From: an uncultured Dehalococcoidia bacterium
GTDB taxonomy: Bacteria; Chloroflexota; Dehalococcoidia; Lucifugimonadales; UBA3495
DNA: 64,000 nt
NCBI GenBank assembly: GCA_958296225.1
Contig: OY282456.1
Location: forward strand, 3,750,523-3,814,522
Direction: 5' to 3'
The notes beneath the pieces were generated by a model, which worked only from the letters and a program-made list of their open reading frames with translations, searched no databases and was not told where the DNA came from. Of this stretch, positions 52,545 through 61,211 are shown piece after piece (positions within the stretch are counted from its first letter, which is position 1; each line of letters opens with the position of its first letter). A program made the translations under genes and the position numbers.

Positions 52545-52745
52545 ATGACGATATCCGATGATACTCTGAAGAGAATGATTGCCGAATACGGCGGGTTCGA
52601 GTTGTCCGACGCGGAACTGGAACTGGTCAGGCCGGAGCTGGAAAACTACCTGACCGAGCTACAGAATCTGCGCGACCTGGACTTGTCGTCGGTTACGTCC
52701 GCACGCTTGCTCAGAGCGGCGGAAGGGGGTGAAACCGATGCCTGA
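52545..52745 (+). CDS. Small GatC/AtzG-like amidase partner protein
   Basis: The 66-aa product contains LSDAELELVRPELENYLTELQNLRDLDLSSV, which resembles GatC-type helices. The RBS is GGGAGGTG. The gene overlaps the amidase start. Confidence 0.6.
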   Translation: MTISDDTLKRMIAEYGGFELSDAELELVRPELENYLTELQNLRDLDLSSVTSARLLRAAEGGETDA

Positions 52746-54162
52746 CTCTGAACTGCTCCGGCTGACCATTGCCGAGATTGCGCCCCTGATTCAGGCGCGG
52801 GAGGTGTCTCCCGTGGCGCTGACCGCGGCGGCGCTGGCCGAAGCCGAACTGCGGCAGCCGGCGCTGAACTCGTTCATCACCATCCTGCACGAGCAAGCCA
52901 TGGCCCAGGCCGAACAAGCGGAAGCCGCCCTGGCCCGCGGGGAATATCTGGGGCCACTGCACGGCATCCCCATCGGCATCAAGGACAACATCGCTACCGG
53001 CGGGATTACGACTACCGTTGGCAGCAAGGTCTTGCGGGACCACGTTCCCGCCGCAGACGCCGAGGTGGTGCGCCGCTGCAAGGAAGCCGGGGCAATCATC
53101 CTGGGCAAGGAGAACCTGGAAGAGTTCGCCGCCGGCGCCACATCCAATAACCCCCACTACGGCGCGGTGCATAACCCCTGGGCGCTGGAACACATCCCCG
53201 GCGGCTCCAGCGGGGGCGGCGGCGCCAACGTGGCCGCCGGCGTTACCTTCGCTTCCCTGGGCACTGACCTGGGCGGGTCGGTGCGGCTGCCCGGCGCTTT
53301 TTGCGGCGTGGTCGGCCTGAAACAGACCTTTGGCCGGGTGAGCCAACGCGGACTCCTGGTAACCAGTTACAACGGCGACCACATCGGCCCCATGACCCGG
53401 TCGGTACGCGACAGCGCATTGATGCTCCAGGTTATTGCCGGTTACGACCCCCTTGACCCCAGCACCGTCCCGGTTCCGGTGGCAGATTACTCCCTGGCCC
53501 TGGAGCAAGGGGGCCGTGGGTTGACTATGGGGATTCCCTCCAACTATTACTTCGACCTGCTGGACCCGGAGGTGGAAACCGCCGTCCGCCGGGCCATCGC
53601 AGCGCTGGAGGAGTTGGGTGTTGCCAGCCGTGAAGTCAGCGTCCCCAGCATGAAGTACGCCGGAGCCTTGCGCTTCTCCAGCATGGCCGACAGCGTGGTT
53701 ACCCATGAGCCATTGATTGCGTCCAACCGTGAGGATTACAGTCCCGACACCCTTTACCGGACTCTGGCCGGGCAGTTCGTGCTGGGCCGGGACTATGCCA
53801 AGGCGATGAAAGTCCAGCGCATCATCAAGGAAGAACACGCCAGGGCGCTCCAGGACGTAGATTTTCTGGTAACCCCGACCACTCCTTCGCCGGCCCCCCG
53901 CATTGACGCCGAGACCGTCATGGTCGGCGGCGAACGCCAGAAGGTTAGAGGCCCCGGTTCCGGGTTGGTATCCCGCAACACCAGCCCGATGAACGCCACC
54001 GGGTTCCCCGCTATCACCGTTCCCTGCGGCTTCAGTGCAGCGGGCCTCCCCATCGGACTCCAGTTTATTGGCCGCCCGTGGGACGAGGGCGCTTTGTTCC
54101 GAATCGGTCAGGCTTACGAGGCCGTTTCACCCAGCCGCGGCCATTGGCCGGCGCTGGACTGA
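52738..54162 (+). CDS. Amidase-signature (Ser-cisSer-Lys) family amidase
   Basis: Supporting motifs are GIPIGIKDNI and GGSSGGGGANVAAGVTFASLGTDLGGSVRLPGAFCGVVGLKQTFGRVS. An alternative GTG start exists at 52729. Confidence 0.9.
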   Translation: MPDSELLRLTIAEIAPLIQAREVSPVALTAAALAEAELRQPALNSFITILHEQAMAQAEQAEAALARGEYLGPLHGIPIGIKDNIATGGITTTVGSKVLRDHVPAADAEVVRRCKEAGAIILGKENLEEFAAGATSNNPHYGAVHNPWALEHIPGGSSGGGGANVAAGVTFASLGTDLGGSVRLPGAFCGVVGLKQTFGRVSQRGLLVTSYNGDHIGPMTRSVRDSALMLQVIAGYDPLDPSTVPVPVADYSLALEQGGRGLTMGIPSNYYFDLLDPEVETAVRRAIAALEELGVASREVSVPSMKYAGALRFSSMADSVVTHEPLIASNREDYSPDTLYRTLAGQFVLGRDYAKAMKVQRIIKEEHARALQDVDFLVTPTTPSPAPRIDAETVMVGGERQKVRGPGSGLVSRNTSPMNATGFPAITVPCGFSAAGLPIGLQFIGRPWDEGALFRIGQAYEAVSPSRGHWPALD

Positions 54163-54533
54163 GGCGCGCTCTTTCCGGCAGCGCCAGGCTGCTAATCCGG
54201 CTGCGTTCGGTATCAAAGCGTCGGCCACGAACGAGCAGGCGCTGATAACCGCACTTTGAACATACCGGGGCATCAGAATCTAACCGCGGCAGCGACGCCG
54301 GCCGGCGCAGCCAGGCAATGGTTCCGGTGTCGCCGGATAGTATTCCAGTCCCGGATGACGGCCAGGGCCGGGCGGCGGTTGAGAATGGCGGCGGTGAGCA
54401 GAGCTTGCCCCGTGTTCAGACATTGGGGCCGGAGAGGGGTTGGGATGCGGGGTATTGCTCCCCGCTCCGGCCGGCCGGCGTCATTCCCGCGCCGGAACTG
54501 CCGGCCCCGTACTTAATCGGTAGAGCGTAGTGG

Positions 54534-57500
54534 ATGTTTGATACGGCGCTAAAAAAGAAGCGTGTCATCGGCATTCTGCTGTTGGCCGTCATTCTGGCCC
54601 TGTTCCTGCTATTTAACCGTATCCCCAAGCTGGATACGGTTGAAGCGGATTTGGCCGGGGTGAACGCCCCCCAGGCCGAATGTTTTCAAGGCTTTTGCAT
54701 CAACAGAGAACCCGAAACCGGGTTCCTGGAACGGTGGTGGGACTTCTCGTTAAGCTACCTGAAGCTGGTAAGCGTGGGGATGACTTTCGCCTTCCTCGCG
54801 GCGGGGATTACGGAAACATTTCTGTTCCCCAGGAACGACGGCTCCCGTTTCACCGGGGGCGGGCTGAAAGGGGTACTCCAGGGGTTCGCCATCGGGTCCT
54901 CCATGAACCTCTGCTCCGCTTGCATTGTCCCCATCGCCTCGGCCTTTCGCCGGAAAGGGGCGCCGGTGGAGACGGCCATCGCCATGACCCAGGGGTCGGC
55001 CACTTTGAACGTGCCGGCGCTGGTAATGGCCGCCCTGGTGTTCACGCCGATGCTGGCCAGCACGCGGATTGCGGTCAGCATCGTGGGCGTGCTGCTGCTT
55101 GGCCCGCTGGTGGCCTTCCTCGTCAGGCGGCAAGTTCCGTTGCGGGAAATTTTCGGCTACGGCGCGGCTGTACCGGCGCCGGAACGGGCCACGTGGCGGG
55201 AAACGGCGGCCTCGGGTCTGAAGGATTGGCTGAAGTCCAGCCTGCAGTATCTGTGGCGCCTGGGGCCGGCTATGGTGTTGGCCGGGTTTGCCGGCGGGCT
55301 GGTAATCCAGTGGGTAACGCCGCAAACCGTTGCCGCCTACCTGGGCGACAGCGTCTCGGGGATTGCCGTCGCCGCTACCTTAGGCATCCTCATCAATGTG
55401 CCCCTGCTTTTCGAAATCCCCCTGGTAGCCGTGCTGCTACTGGTTGGCATGGGCACGGCGCCGGCGGCGGCGCTGCTGTTTGGCGCCGCGGCCGCCGGCC
55501 CTTTTACCTTTTGGGGACTGGCCCGGGTGATGCCCAAGAGAGCGGTGGCTGCCTTTGCCGCCGGTACGTGGTCGTTAAGTATGCTCGGCGGCGTGGGCCT
55601 GCTACTGCTAGGCCCCCTTTTCCTGGGTGATGCTGATTCCCGCATCCTTTTCCGCTCCGACCGGGACGGCGACTTTGAGATTTACTCGATGCGGCCCGAC
55701 GGTTCCGACTTGAGGCGGCTCACCAATAACTCCGGCTACGACGACTTTCCCGTCTGGTCGCCCGACGGCCGCAAGATTGCCTTCGTATCCGACCGGGAAG
55801 GCAAACCGGAGATAAACGTGATGAATGCGGACGGCTCCCGCTTGCGCCGCTTGACCACGGACAACGGCCCGGTTAACGCTTTTCCCGCCTGGTCGCCCGA
55901 CGGCGACAAAATCGCTTTCTCCTCTGACCGGGACGGCAACCGGGAAATCTACGTAATGGAGGCCGACGGCGCCAACCAGATTAACCTGACCAATGACCCC
56001 GGTTACGATGCGTCTCCTTCCTGGTCGCCCGACGGAGAGCGCATCCTGTTCAATTCGCGGCGCGACGGGAACCTGGAAATCTACGTAATGAACGCGGACG
56101 GCTCCGGCCAGGAGCGTCTGACCAAGAATGCCACCGCCGACGAGTTCCCGGCCTGGTCGCCCGACGGTTCCCGAATCGCTTTCGCGTCCAGCCGCAGCGG
56201 CCGCCGGGCCATTTACGTTATGGGAGTTGACGGTTCCAACCCGGTGCGGCTCACCACCAATGCCTACAAGGACTACTGGCCGTCCTGGTCGCCCGACGGC
56301 GCCAGGATTGCCTTTGCCAGCGACCGGTACGGCAACGAGGAAATCATGGTGATGTATGCCGACGGGTCGCATCAGACCAATCTGAGCGCCAGCCCCGCCG
56401 CCGACGCGGGGCCAGCGTGGGGGCCGGGGCAGCTTCCGCCGGCCGATGCCGATGGGCCGCGGATTTTGGCCCTGGCCCCGCCGCGCGCCGCGACGCCGGG
56501 GGGCAGCCTGGTGACCGTCACCGGCGTTGGCCTGCTGGAGGACAGCCGGGTGACCATCGGCGGGGCAGAGGCTCCGTTAGTGGAGTTCCTGGACTCGCAC
56601 ACCGTAACCGTCGCCGCCCCGCCGCGCCAAGCCGGCGCGGCCGACGTGGCAGTAACCAACCCCGACGGACGCTCCGGCATTTTGCCGGGGGGCTTCAGTT
56701 ACCACCGGCCTTACTTTACCGACGTGGCCGAAGCGGCCGGCGTAGCCTTCCAACACTTCAGAGACCCGGAGGACAGGATTCCCCTGGGAGCCGGCGTAGT
56801 CGTTTTTGACTACAACGGCGACGGGCGGCAGGACATCTACGTGGCATCCACGGCGGACATCGGCGATATGGCGCCGGAGACCGACGGGGCCAACGCGCTG
56901 TACCGGAACAACGGCGACGGCACTTTCACCGACGTGGCCCCGGCGGCCGGGGTTAGCGAACTGTGGGACAAGACCAACGGCGGGTGCGCCGCCGATTACG
57001 ATAACGACGGCGACCAGGACCTCTTTGTGGCGAACTGGGGCTCCAGCAAGCTCTTTCGCAACAACGGCGCAGGGGCCTTCGTTGACGTAACGGAGCGGGC
57101 CGGATTGGGCGACCCGGATGCCAGCTACCGCTCCATGGGCTGCGCCTGGGGCGACTATGACCGGGACGGGTTCCTGGATTTCGTGGTTGTCCGCCACATG
57201 GAGGAGTCCGACCTGGAAGCCTTCGACCTCAGGTTCTACAACTACGCGGTAAGGCCCCTGGCGCTGTTTCACAACAACGGGGACGGCGCCTTTACCGAGG
57301 TTACGAACCTGCTGGGAGACACCGGCGCGCCCCGGAAATCCCCGGGCGAATACGGCAACTTGTGGGGCGCCGGCTTTCAACCCGGCTGGATCGACTTCGA
57401 CAACGACGGTGACTCAGACCTCTACGTGGTGAACGACTTTGGCCGGGATATTCAGCCCAACGTGCTGTGGCGCAATGACGGGCCGGGGGCAGATGGCCTC

Positions 57501-58322
57501 TGGCGCTTTGCGGATATTTCCCGGCGCTCCGGGGCCGACGTCGCTATGTTCGGCATGGGCCTGGCCGTGGGCGATTACGACCGGGACGGGAACTTTGACC
57601 TCTACATCACCAATATTGAGGACAACGTCCTGCTGCGCAACAACGGGGACGGGGCCACCTTTACCGAAGCCGCCGCCGCGGTAGGGGCAGGGAAAGGAAA
57701 GTTCCAAAGGCGGCAAAGGGTCAGCTGGGGTACGGTGTTCTTTGACTATGACAACGACGGCTGGGAGGACCTTTACGCAGCCAGCGGCTTTCTGGATTCC
57801 GACCCCTTCCGCAATCACAAGAACCAGCCCAACCTCCTGCTGCATAACACCGGGGAGGCAGCCTTCGCCGACGTGTCATCAATCAGCGGCGCCGACGACC
57901 GGGGCGTGGGCCGGGGCGTGGCTTATGCCGACTTTGACAACGACGGCTGCCTGGACTTGTACCTGGCCAATCTGGGCCTGCCCGGCGGCCGGCCCCAATC
58001 CGCAAGGCTGTTCCGGAACGGCTGCGCCTGGGGCAACAACTGGCTCAGCATCAAGACGGTGGGGACGGTCAGCAACCGCGACGGCATCGGGGCCAGAATC
58101 ACCGTGGTCGCCGATGGCCGCACACAAATCAGGGAGATTGCGGCCGGCTCCAGCAACAAGAGCCAGAATATGCTGCCGGCGCACTTTGGCCTGGGCCGGG
58201 CCGCCCAAGCCGATTATGTGGAAATCCGGTGGCCCAGCGGAATTGTCCAAAACCTCGCGGACGTGGCTGCCAATCAACGGTTGACCATCCTGGAAACTCC
58301 GCAAGCCGCTGAAACCCCATAG
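54534..58322 (+). CDS. 1262-aa fusion: predicted permease (UPF0718/ArsP-like), TolB-like PD40 propeller, IPT/TIG domain, FG-GAP/VCBS repeats and ASPIC/UnbV domain
   Basis: The N-terminal ~370 aa is multi-pass membrane, with SSMNLCSACIVPIASAF. At least six repeats follow of the type DDFPVWSPDGRKIAFVSDREGKPEINVMNADGS. The IPT-like segment is GGSLVTVTGVGL...VAVTNPDGRSG. Repeated units FDYNGDGRQDIYVA, DYDNDGDQDLFVAN and DFDNDGDSDLYVVN come next. The C-terminal part is NNWLSIKTVGTVSNRDGIGARITV...VEIRWPSG. Confidence 0.85.
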   Translation: MFDTALKKKRVIGILLLAVILALFLLFNRIPKLDTVEADLAGVNAPQAECFQGFCINREPETGFLERWWDFSLSYLKLVSVGMTFAFLAAGITETFLFPRNDGSRFTGGGLKGVLQGFAIGSSMNLCSACIVPIASAFRRKGAPVETAIAMTQGSATLNVPALVMAALVFTPMLASTRIAVSIVGVLLLGPLVAFLVRRQVPLREIFGYGAAVPAPERATWRETAASGLKDWLKSSLQYLWRLGPAMVLAGFAGGLVIQWVTPQTVAAYLGDSVSGIAVAATLGILINVPLLFEIPLVAVLLLVGMGTAPAAALLFGAAAAGPFTFWGLARVMPKRAVAAFAAGTWSLSMLGGVGLLLLGPLFLGDADSRILFRSDRDGDFEIYSMRPDGSDLRRLTNNSGYDDFPVWSPDGRKIAFVSDREGKPEINVMNADGSRLRRLTTDNGPVNAFPAWSPDGDKIAFSSDRDGNREIYVMEADGANQINLTNDPGYDASPSWSPDGERILFNSRRDGNLEIYVMNADGSGQERLTKNATADEFPAWSPDGSRIAFASSRSGRRAIYVMGVDGSNPVRLTTNAYKDYWPSWSPDGARIAFASDRYGNEEIMVMYADGSHQTNLSASPAADAGPAWGPGQLPPADADGPRILALAPPRAATPGGSLVTVTGVGLLEDSRVTIGGAEAPLVEFLDSHTVTVAAPPRQAGAADVAVTNPDGRSGILPGGFSYHRPYFTDVAEAAGVAFQHFRDPEDRIPLGAGVVVFDYNGDGRQDIYVASTADIGDMAPETDGANALYRNNGDGTFTDVAPAAGVSELWDKTNGGCAADYDNDGDQDLFVANWGSSKLFRNNGAGAFVDVTERAGLGDPDASYRSMGCAWGDYDRDGFLDFVVVRHMEESDLEAFDLRFYNYAVRPLALFHNNGDGAFTEVTNLLGDTGAPRKSPGEYGNLWGAGFQPGWIDFDNDGDSDLYVVNDFGRDIQPNVLWRNDGPGADGLWRFADISRRSGADVAMFGMGLAVGDYDRDGNFDLYITNIEDNVLLRNNGDGATFTEAAAAVGAGKGKFQRRQRVSWGTVFFDYDNDGWEDLYAASGFLDSDPFRNHKNQPNLLLHNTGEAAFADVSSISGADDRGVGRGVAYADFDNDGCLDLYLANLGLPGGRPQSARLFRNGCAWGNNWLSIKTVGTVSNRDGIGARITVVADGRTQIREIAAGSSNKSQNMLPAHFGLGRAAQADYVEIRWPSGIVQNLADVAANQRLTILETPQAAETP

Positions 58323-58372
58323 GTGTTTGCGGAATACGTCATTGTTCCCATCGTGGCCGGCCCATTCCTTTT

Positions 58373-58735
58373 GGAGCTGTTGGGCAGCGTTCCGTTTCAG
58401 GTGGTTTGGTTATTTCTCTGAGATGGTGGGCTGGGTTCATTGGCAATGCTCCTTGCTGGTTCAGGCGGTTGGCGGGATGGGGTGGGCGGGCCAGAGGTTA
58501 CCGGTCATTGTCAGCCCCACGGCCGGGGGATTTACGCAAAGTTTTGCTCCGATGGTTCGTGAACTGCGCTTTTAAGGGCGCAGCCACGCAGCGCGGTGGC
58601 AGTCGCTGTTGGCCGGTTAGACCGTACTCGCGTAAGCATTGGACGAGGGGTCTCCACGACGCCGGTATGCGATTTTAGTGCTGACTGGCCGTTGACGACC
58701 GGTTGACCTCTGGCTGGACTGAGATTCACGTGATA
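58373..58735 (-). ncRNA. Candidate structured non-coding RNA of unknown class, copy 2 (inverted relative to copy 1)
   Basis: The reverse complement aligns with 15359-15733. The 242-nt core differs at only five positions, two of which convert a C-G pair to U-A in the same hairpin (58564-58583). Confidence 0.6.
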
Positions 58736-58741
58736 GATTGC

Positions 58742-58770
58742 AGTATAGTACCGATGTTCGCGGTTGTCAA
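58742..58770 (-). promoter_or_regulatory. Near-consensus promoter of ncRNA copy 2
   Basis: On the minus strand, TTGACA (58770-58765) is followed by 17 nt and TATACT (58747-58742). The hexamers are identical to copy 1. Confidence 0.65.
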
Positions 58771-58846
58771 AGGGGGGTTGTCAGTGGGCCGGCGCAAAGT
58801 GCGGGCGGCGGGTTTTGGGGACGCCAGAGTGCTACCCCTCTCCCAA

Positions 58847-58930
58847 CCCTCTCCCACAAGGGGAGAGGGCTACCTGCGCTGGGCGGAGCGCAACTGCCCT
58901 TTCCCAACCCTCTCGCTTTGCGGGAGAGGG
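58847..58930. repeat. Two REP-like CCCTCTC..GAGAGGG hairpins inserted in the intergenic block
   Basis: The first, CCCTCTCCC-ACAAG-GGGAGAGGG (58847-58869), is perfect. The second, CCCTCTCGC-TTT-GCGGGAGAGGG (58908-58930), is imperfect. Both are absent from the homologous block next to copy 1. Confidence 0.7.
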
Positions 58931-59054
58931 CTTTAATGACTTTGCAAGCTGCGCGGTGGGACGGCTCTTATCGCAACCTCTATCCCTGACGGCAAGAGCG
59001 GCATCCCTGACTTTGCAAAGCCCCGACCGCCGGCAACGGAACGCTACCGAGCTA

Positions 59055-59082
59055 TTGACACCGGTCGCGTTGCTAGTATAGA
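59055..59082 (+). promoter_or_regulatory. Possible promoter of the peptide-type ABC operon
   Basis: TTGACA (59055-59060) is followed by 16 nt and TATAGA. The surrounding ctttgcaaa..ccccgacc..acgctacc..gagct..ttgaca block is shared with the DUF1800 promoter region. The ATG lies ~200 nt downstream. Confidence 0.35.
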
Positions 59083-59282
59083 TTCTGTCAAGCTTTACGA
59101 ATGACGGTTCGTGACCGGTTTGGGCTGATGTGCGCGACATTCAGCATAAAATCGACCGCGTGGTTTCATAACGAACGGCATCTGCCGGGATCGTTATTGA
59201 CTAGAGCTTTCCCGGATTCATCGGCAGCTGGCAGCCTGGCCCGCGGTCGCCGATAGGAAAATTAGAGTCTGGAGGTCTGGTA

Positions 59283-61097
59283 ATGAATCGTTACGGAATC
59301 AGAGTTCCCCTGGCGTTGACACTGGCGCCTTTGCTATTGCTCCTGGCATTTGCCGTATCATGCGGAGGGGCCGAGGCGCCGGCCGGGACCGCGCCAACTG
59401 GTGAGCAGTCCGGCTCTGCCCCGGCCGCAACCGGAATACCGGGGGCAGCCCAGCCCACTGCGGCTCCTGAGTCCACAGATGAGCCCTCGCAGATGGCCGC
59501 CGGCGAGAAAGTGCTGCCGGTGCAAAAAATCATCCTGGGGCTAATCACCCCGATTGACGACACCGTAGTGCCCTGGCTGGGCGGTGTTGACTTTGTGTAC
59601 CAGCACAGCCCCTTTATGGAGTATCTGGTGCAGCTGGACTCGCATACCAGCGAATGGAAGCCCATGCTGGCAAAAAGCTGGGAGATGAACGCGACCGGGG
59701 ACATCTGGACCTTTGAGCTGGAGCAGGGCGTCCAGTTCCACCGTGGGTTTGGCGAGTTCACCGCAGCGGACGTTGAGCACAGCTTCAAGGTCAACTGCCA
59801 GCAGGGTACCCGCGCCAGTTACAAGGGCGGCATCTGTAACGTTGAGCGCGTGGAGATCATTGACCCCTACAACATCAGGGTTCACATGGTCAACCCCTCT
59901 GCGGAGTACCTGTTTTATGCCGCCGAGTCCGCGGGCAACATGATATCCAGCAAGGCCCAGTGCGACCAGGCCGGCGGGTTTGATGACGCTGCCAACCAGG
60001 CGAGCGAGGGTTGCACCAACGCGTACTACGAAAGCCTGGCCGGTACCGGCCCGTACCAGTATGACGGCCGGGTTCCCGAAGTCCAGGTTGATTACTCGCT
60101 GGCTTTCCCGGACGGCCACTGGCGCATCGACCCCGACTACCCGGAAATGCGGAACACCTGGGTGCTGGAAGAGTCCACCCGTCTGGCCCAGTTCCGCGCC
60201 GGCGAAACCCACATGACCGAGGTTAACCGGGACTTGGGCGACCGGCTGGTTGAGGAAGGTTTCAAAATCATCCAAAGCACCGGCCCGGCCCAGCAGACCG
60301 CCTTCCGCTTTGGCGGTATGTTCTACAACGACCCGGAAAACTATGACCCCAACTTCCCCGTAACGGCGCCGGGCGAAATCGGCATTAAGGTGCGCAAGGC
60401 GCTGAACAAAGCCGTGGACCGGGAAACCTTCAAAGCGGAACTCTACAAAGGCCGGGTGTGGGACTCCAAGGTGCACTCCTTCCACGATGAGCTGACACCG
60501 TGGAACCCCCAGTGGGACGCGGACTGGGAGGAAGAATACGGCTACGACCTGGAGGCGGCCAAGCAGCTTCTGGTTGAGGCGGGCTACCCCGAAGGATTCG
60601 AGATTACCGTTCCCATGTACCCCTTCCCCGGCGCGCCGGAACTGCCCCAGATAGCACAATTCATGCAACTGGCCTGGGCCGAGATTGGGGTGACCCTGAA
60701 TCTCAGGGACGAGGACCGGGCGGCTGTGGTGGCCCGGCGTCGGCAAAAGGCTAACCACGAAACGGCCCTGGCGACCACGCCTTCCTTCAAGGCCCAGGAA
60801 GCCCAGATGATGCTGTTCAACACCCATAAGGATGACGGCGGTGTGGTCTGGATGTACGAGACCAAGGAGCTGCGGGACCTGTACCACGTTCTGCAGACCA
60901 CCATGGACCCTGCTGAACGCGCCCGGGTCCTGATACAGATGGGGGACATCAAGTTCTACGAGCACGAGTGGATACCCCTGTTCTGGGTGCCTATTGAGAC
61001 GATTGTGGACCCCGACATCATCTGCGCCTGGCCTTTCCCAGGTTGGGAGGGCGGCGATCTGGGCAGCAACGAGGAAATCAAGGCGCCCCCCTGCTGA
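59283..61097 (+). CDS. ABC transporter substrate-binding lipoprotein, family 5 (DppA/OppA-like)
   Basis: The 604-aa product has a signal peptide with an AVSCGG lipobox and a Pro/Ala/Thr linker. Its size and its position upstream of DppB/DppC-like permeases fit family 5. Confidence 0.85.
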   Translation: MNRYGIRVPLALTLAPLLLLLAFAVSCGGAEAPAGTAPTGEQSGSAPAATGIPGAAQPTAAPESTDEPSQMAAGEKVLPVQKIILGLITPIDDTVVPWLGGVDFVYQHSPFMEYLVQLDSHTSEWKPMLAKSWEMNATGDIWTFELEQGVQFHRGFGEFTAADVEHSFKVNCQQGTRASYKGGICNVERVEIIDPYNIRVHMVNPSAEYLFYAAESAGNMISSKAQCDQAGGFDDAANQASEGCTNAYYESLAGTGPYQYDGRVPEVQVDYSLAFPDGHWRIDPDYPEMRNTWVLEESTRLAQFRAGETHMTEVNRDLGDRLVEEGFKIIQSTGPAQQTAFRFGGMFYNDPENYDPNFPVTAPGEIGIKVRKALNKAVDRETFKAELYKGRVWDSKVHSFHDELTPWNPQWDADWEEEYGYDLEAAKQLLVEAGYPEGFEITVPMYPFPGAPELPQIAQFMQLAWAEIGVTLNLRDEDRAAVVARRRQKANHETALATTPSFKAQEAQMMLFNTHKDDGGVVWMYETKELRDLYHVLQTTMDPAERARVLIQMGDIKFYEHEWIPLFWVPIETIVDPDIICAWPFPGWEGGDLGSNEEIKAPPC

Positions 61098-61211
61098 TTC
61101 CCGCTGCAACGTCGCTACCGCCTGGTTCCAACGCACCGCGATTGCTGGGCAACCCAGAATCGCGGTGCTTATGCTAATAGCCAACTGCCCAACTCGGGCT
61201 AGGAGTCAAGG

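Noticed and set aside
49930-53838. Several 200-375-aa minus-strand ORFs inside pnkp and the amidase gene
   Set aside because: They are antisense to genes with strong catalytic motifs, and their translations are Arg/Gly/Pro-rich.
59541-61184. 547-aa minus-strand ORF
   Set aside because: It is antisense to the family-5 substrate-binding protein gene and has shadow-ORF composition.
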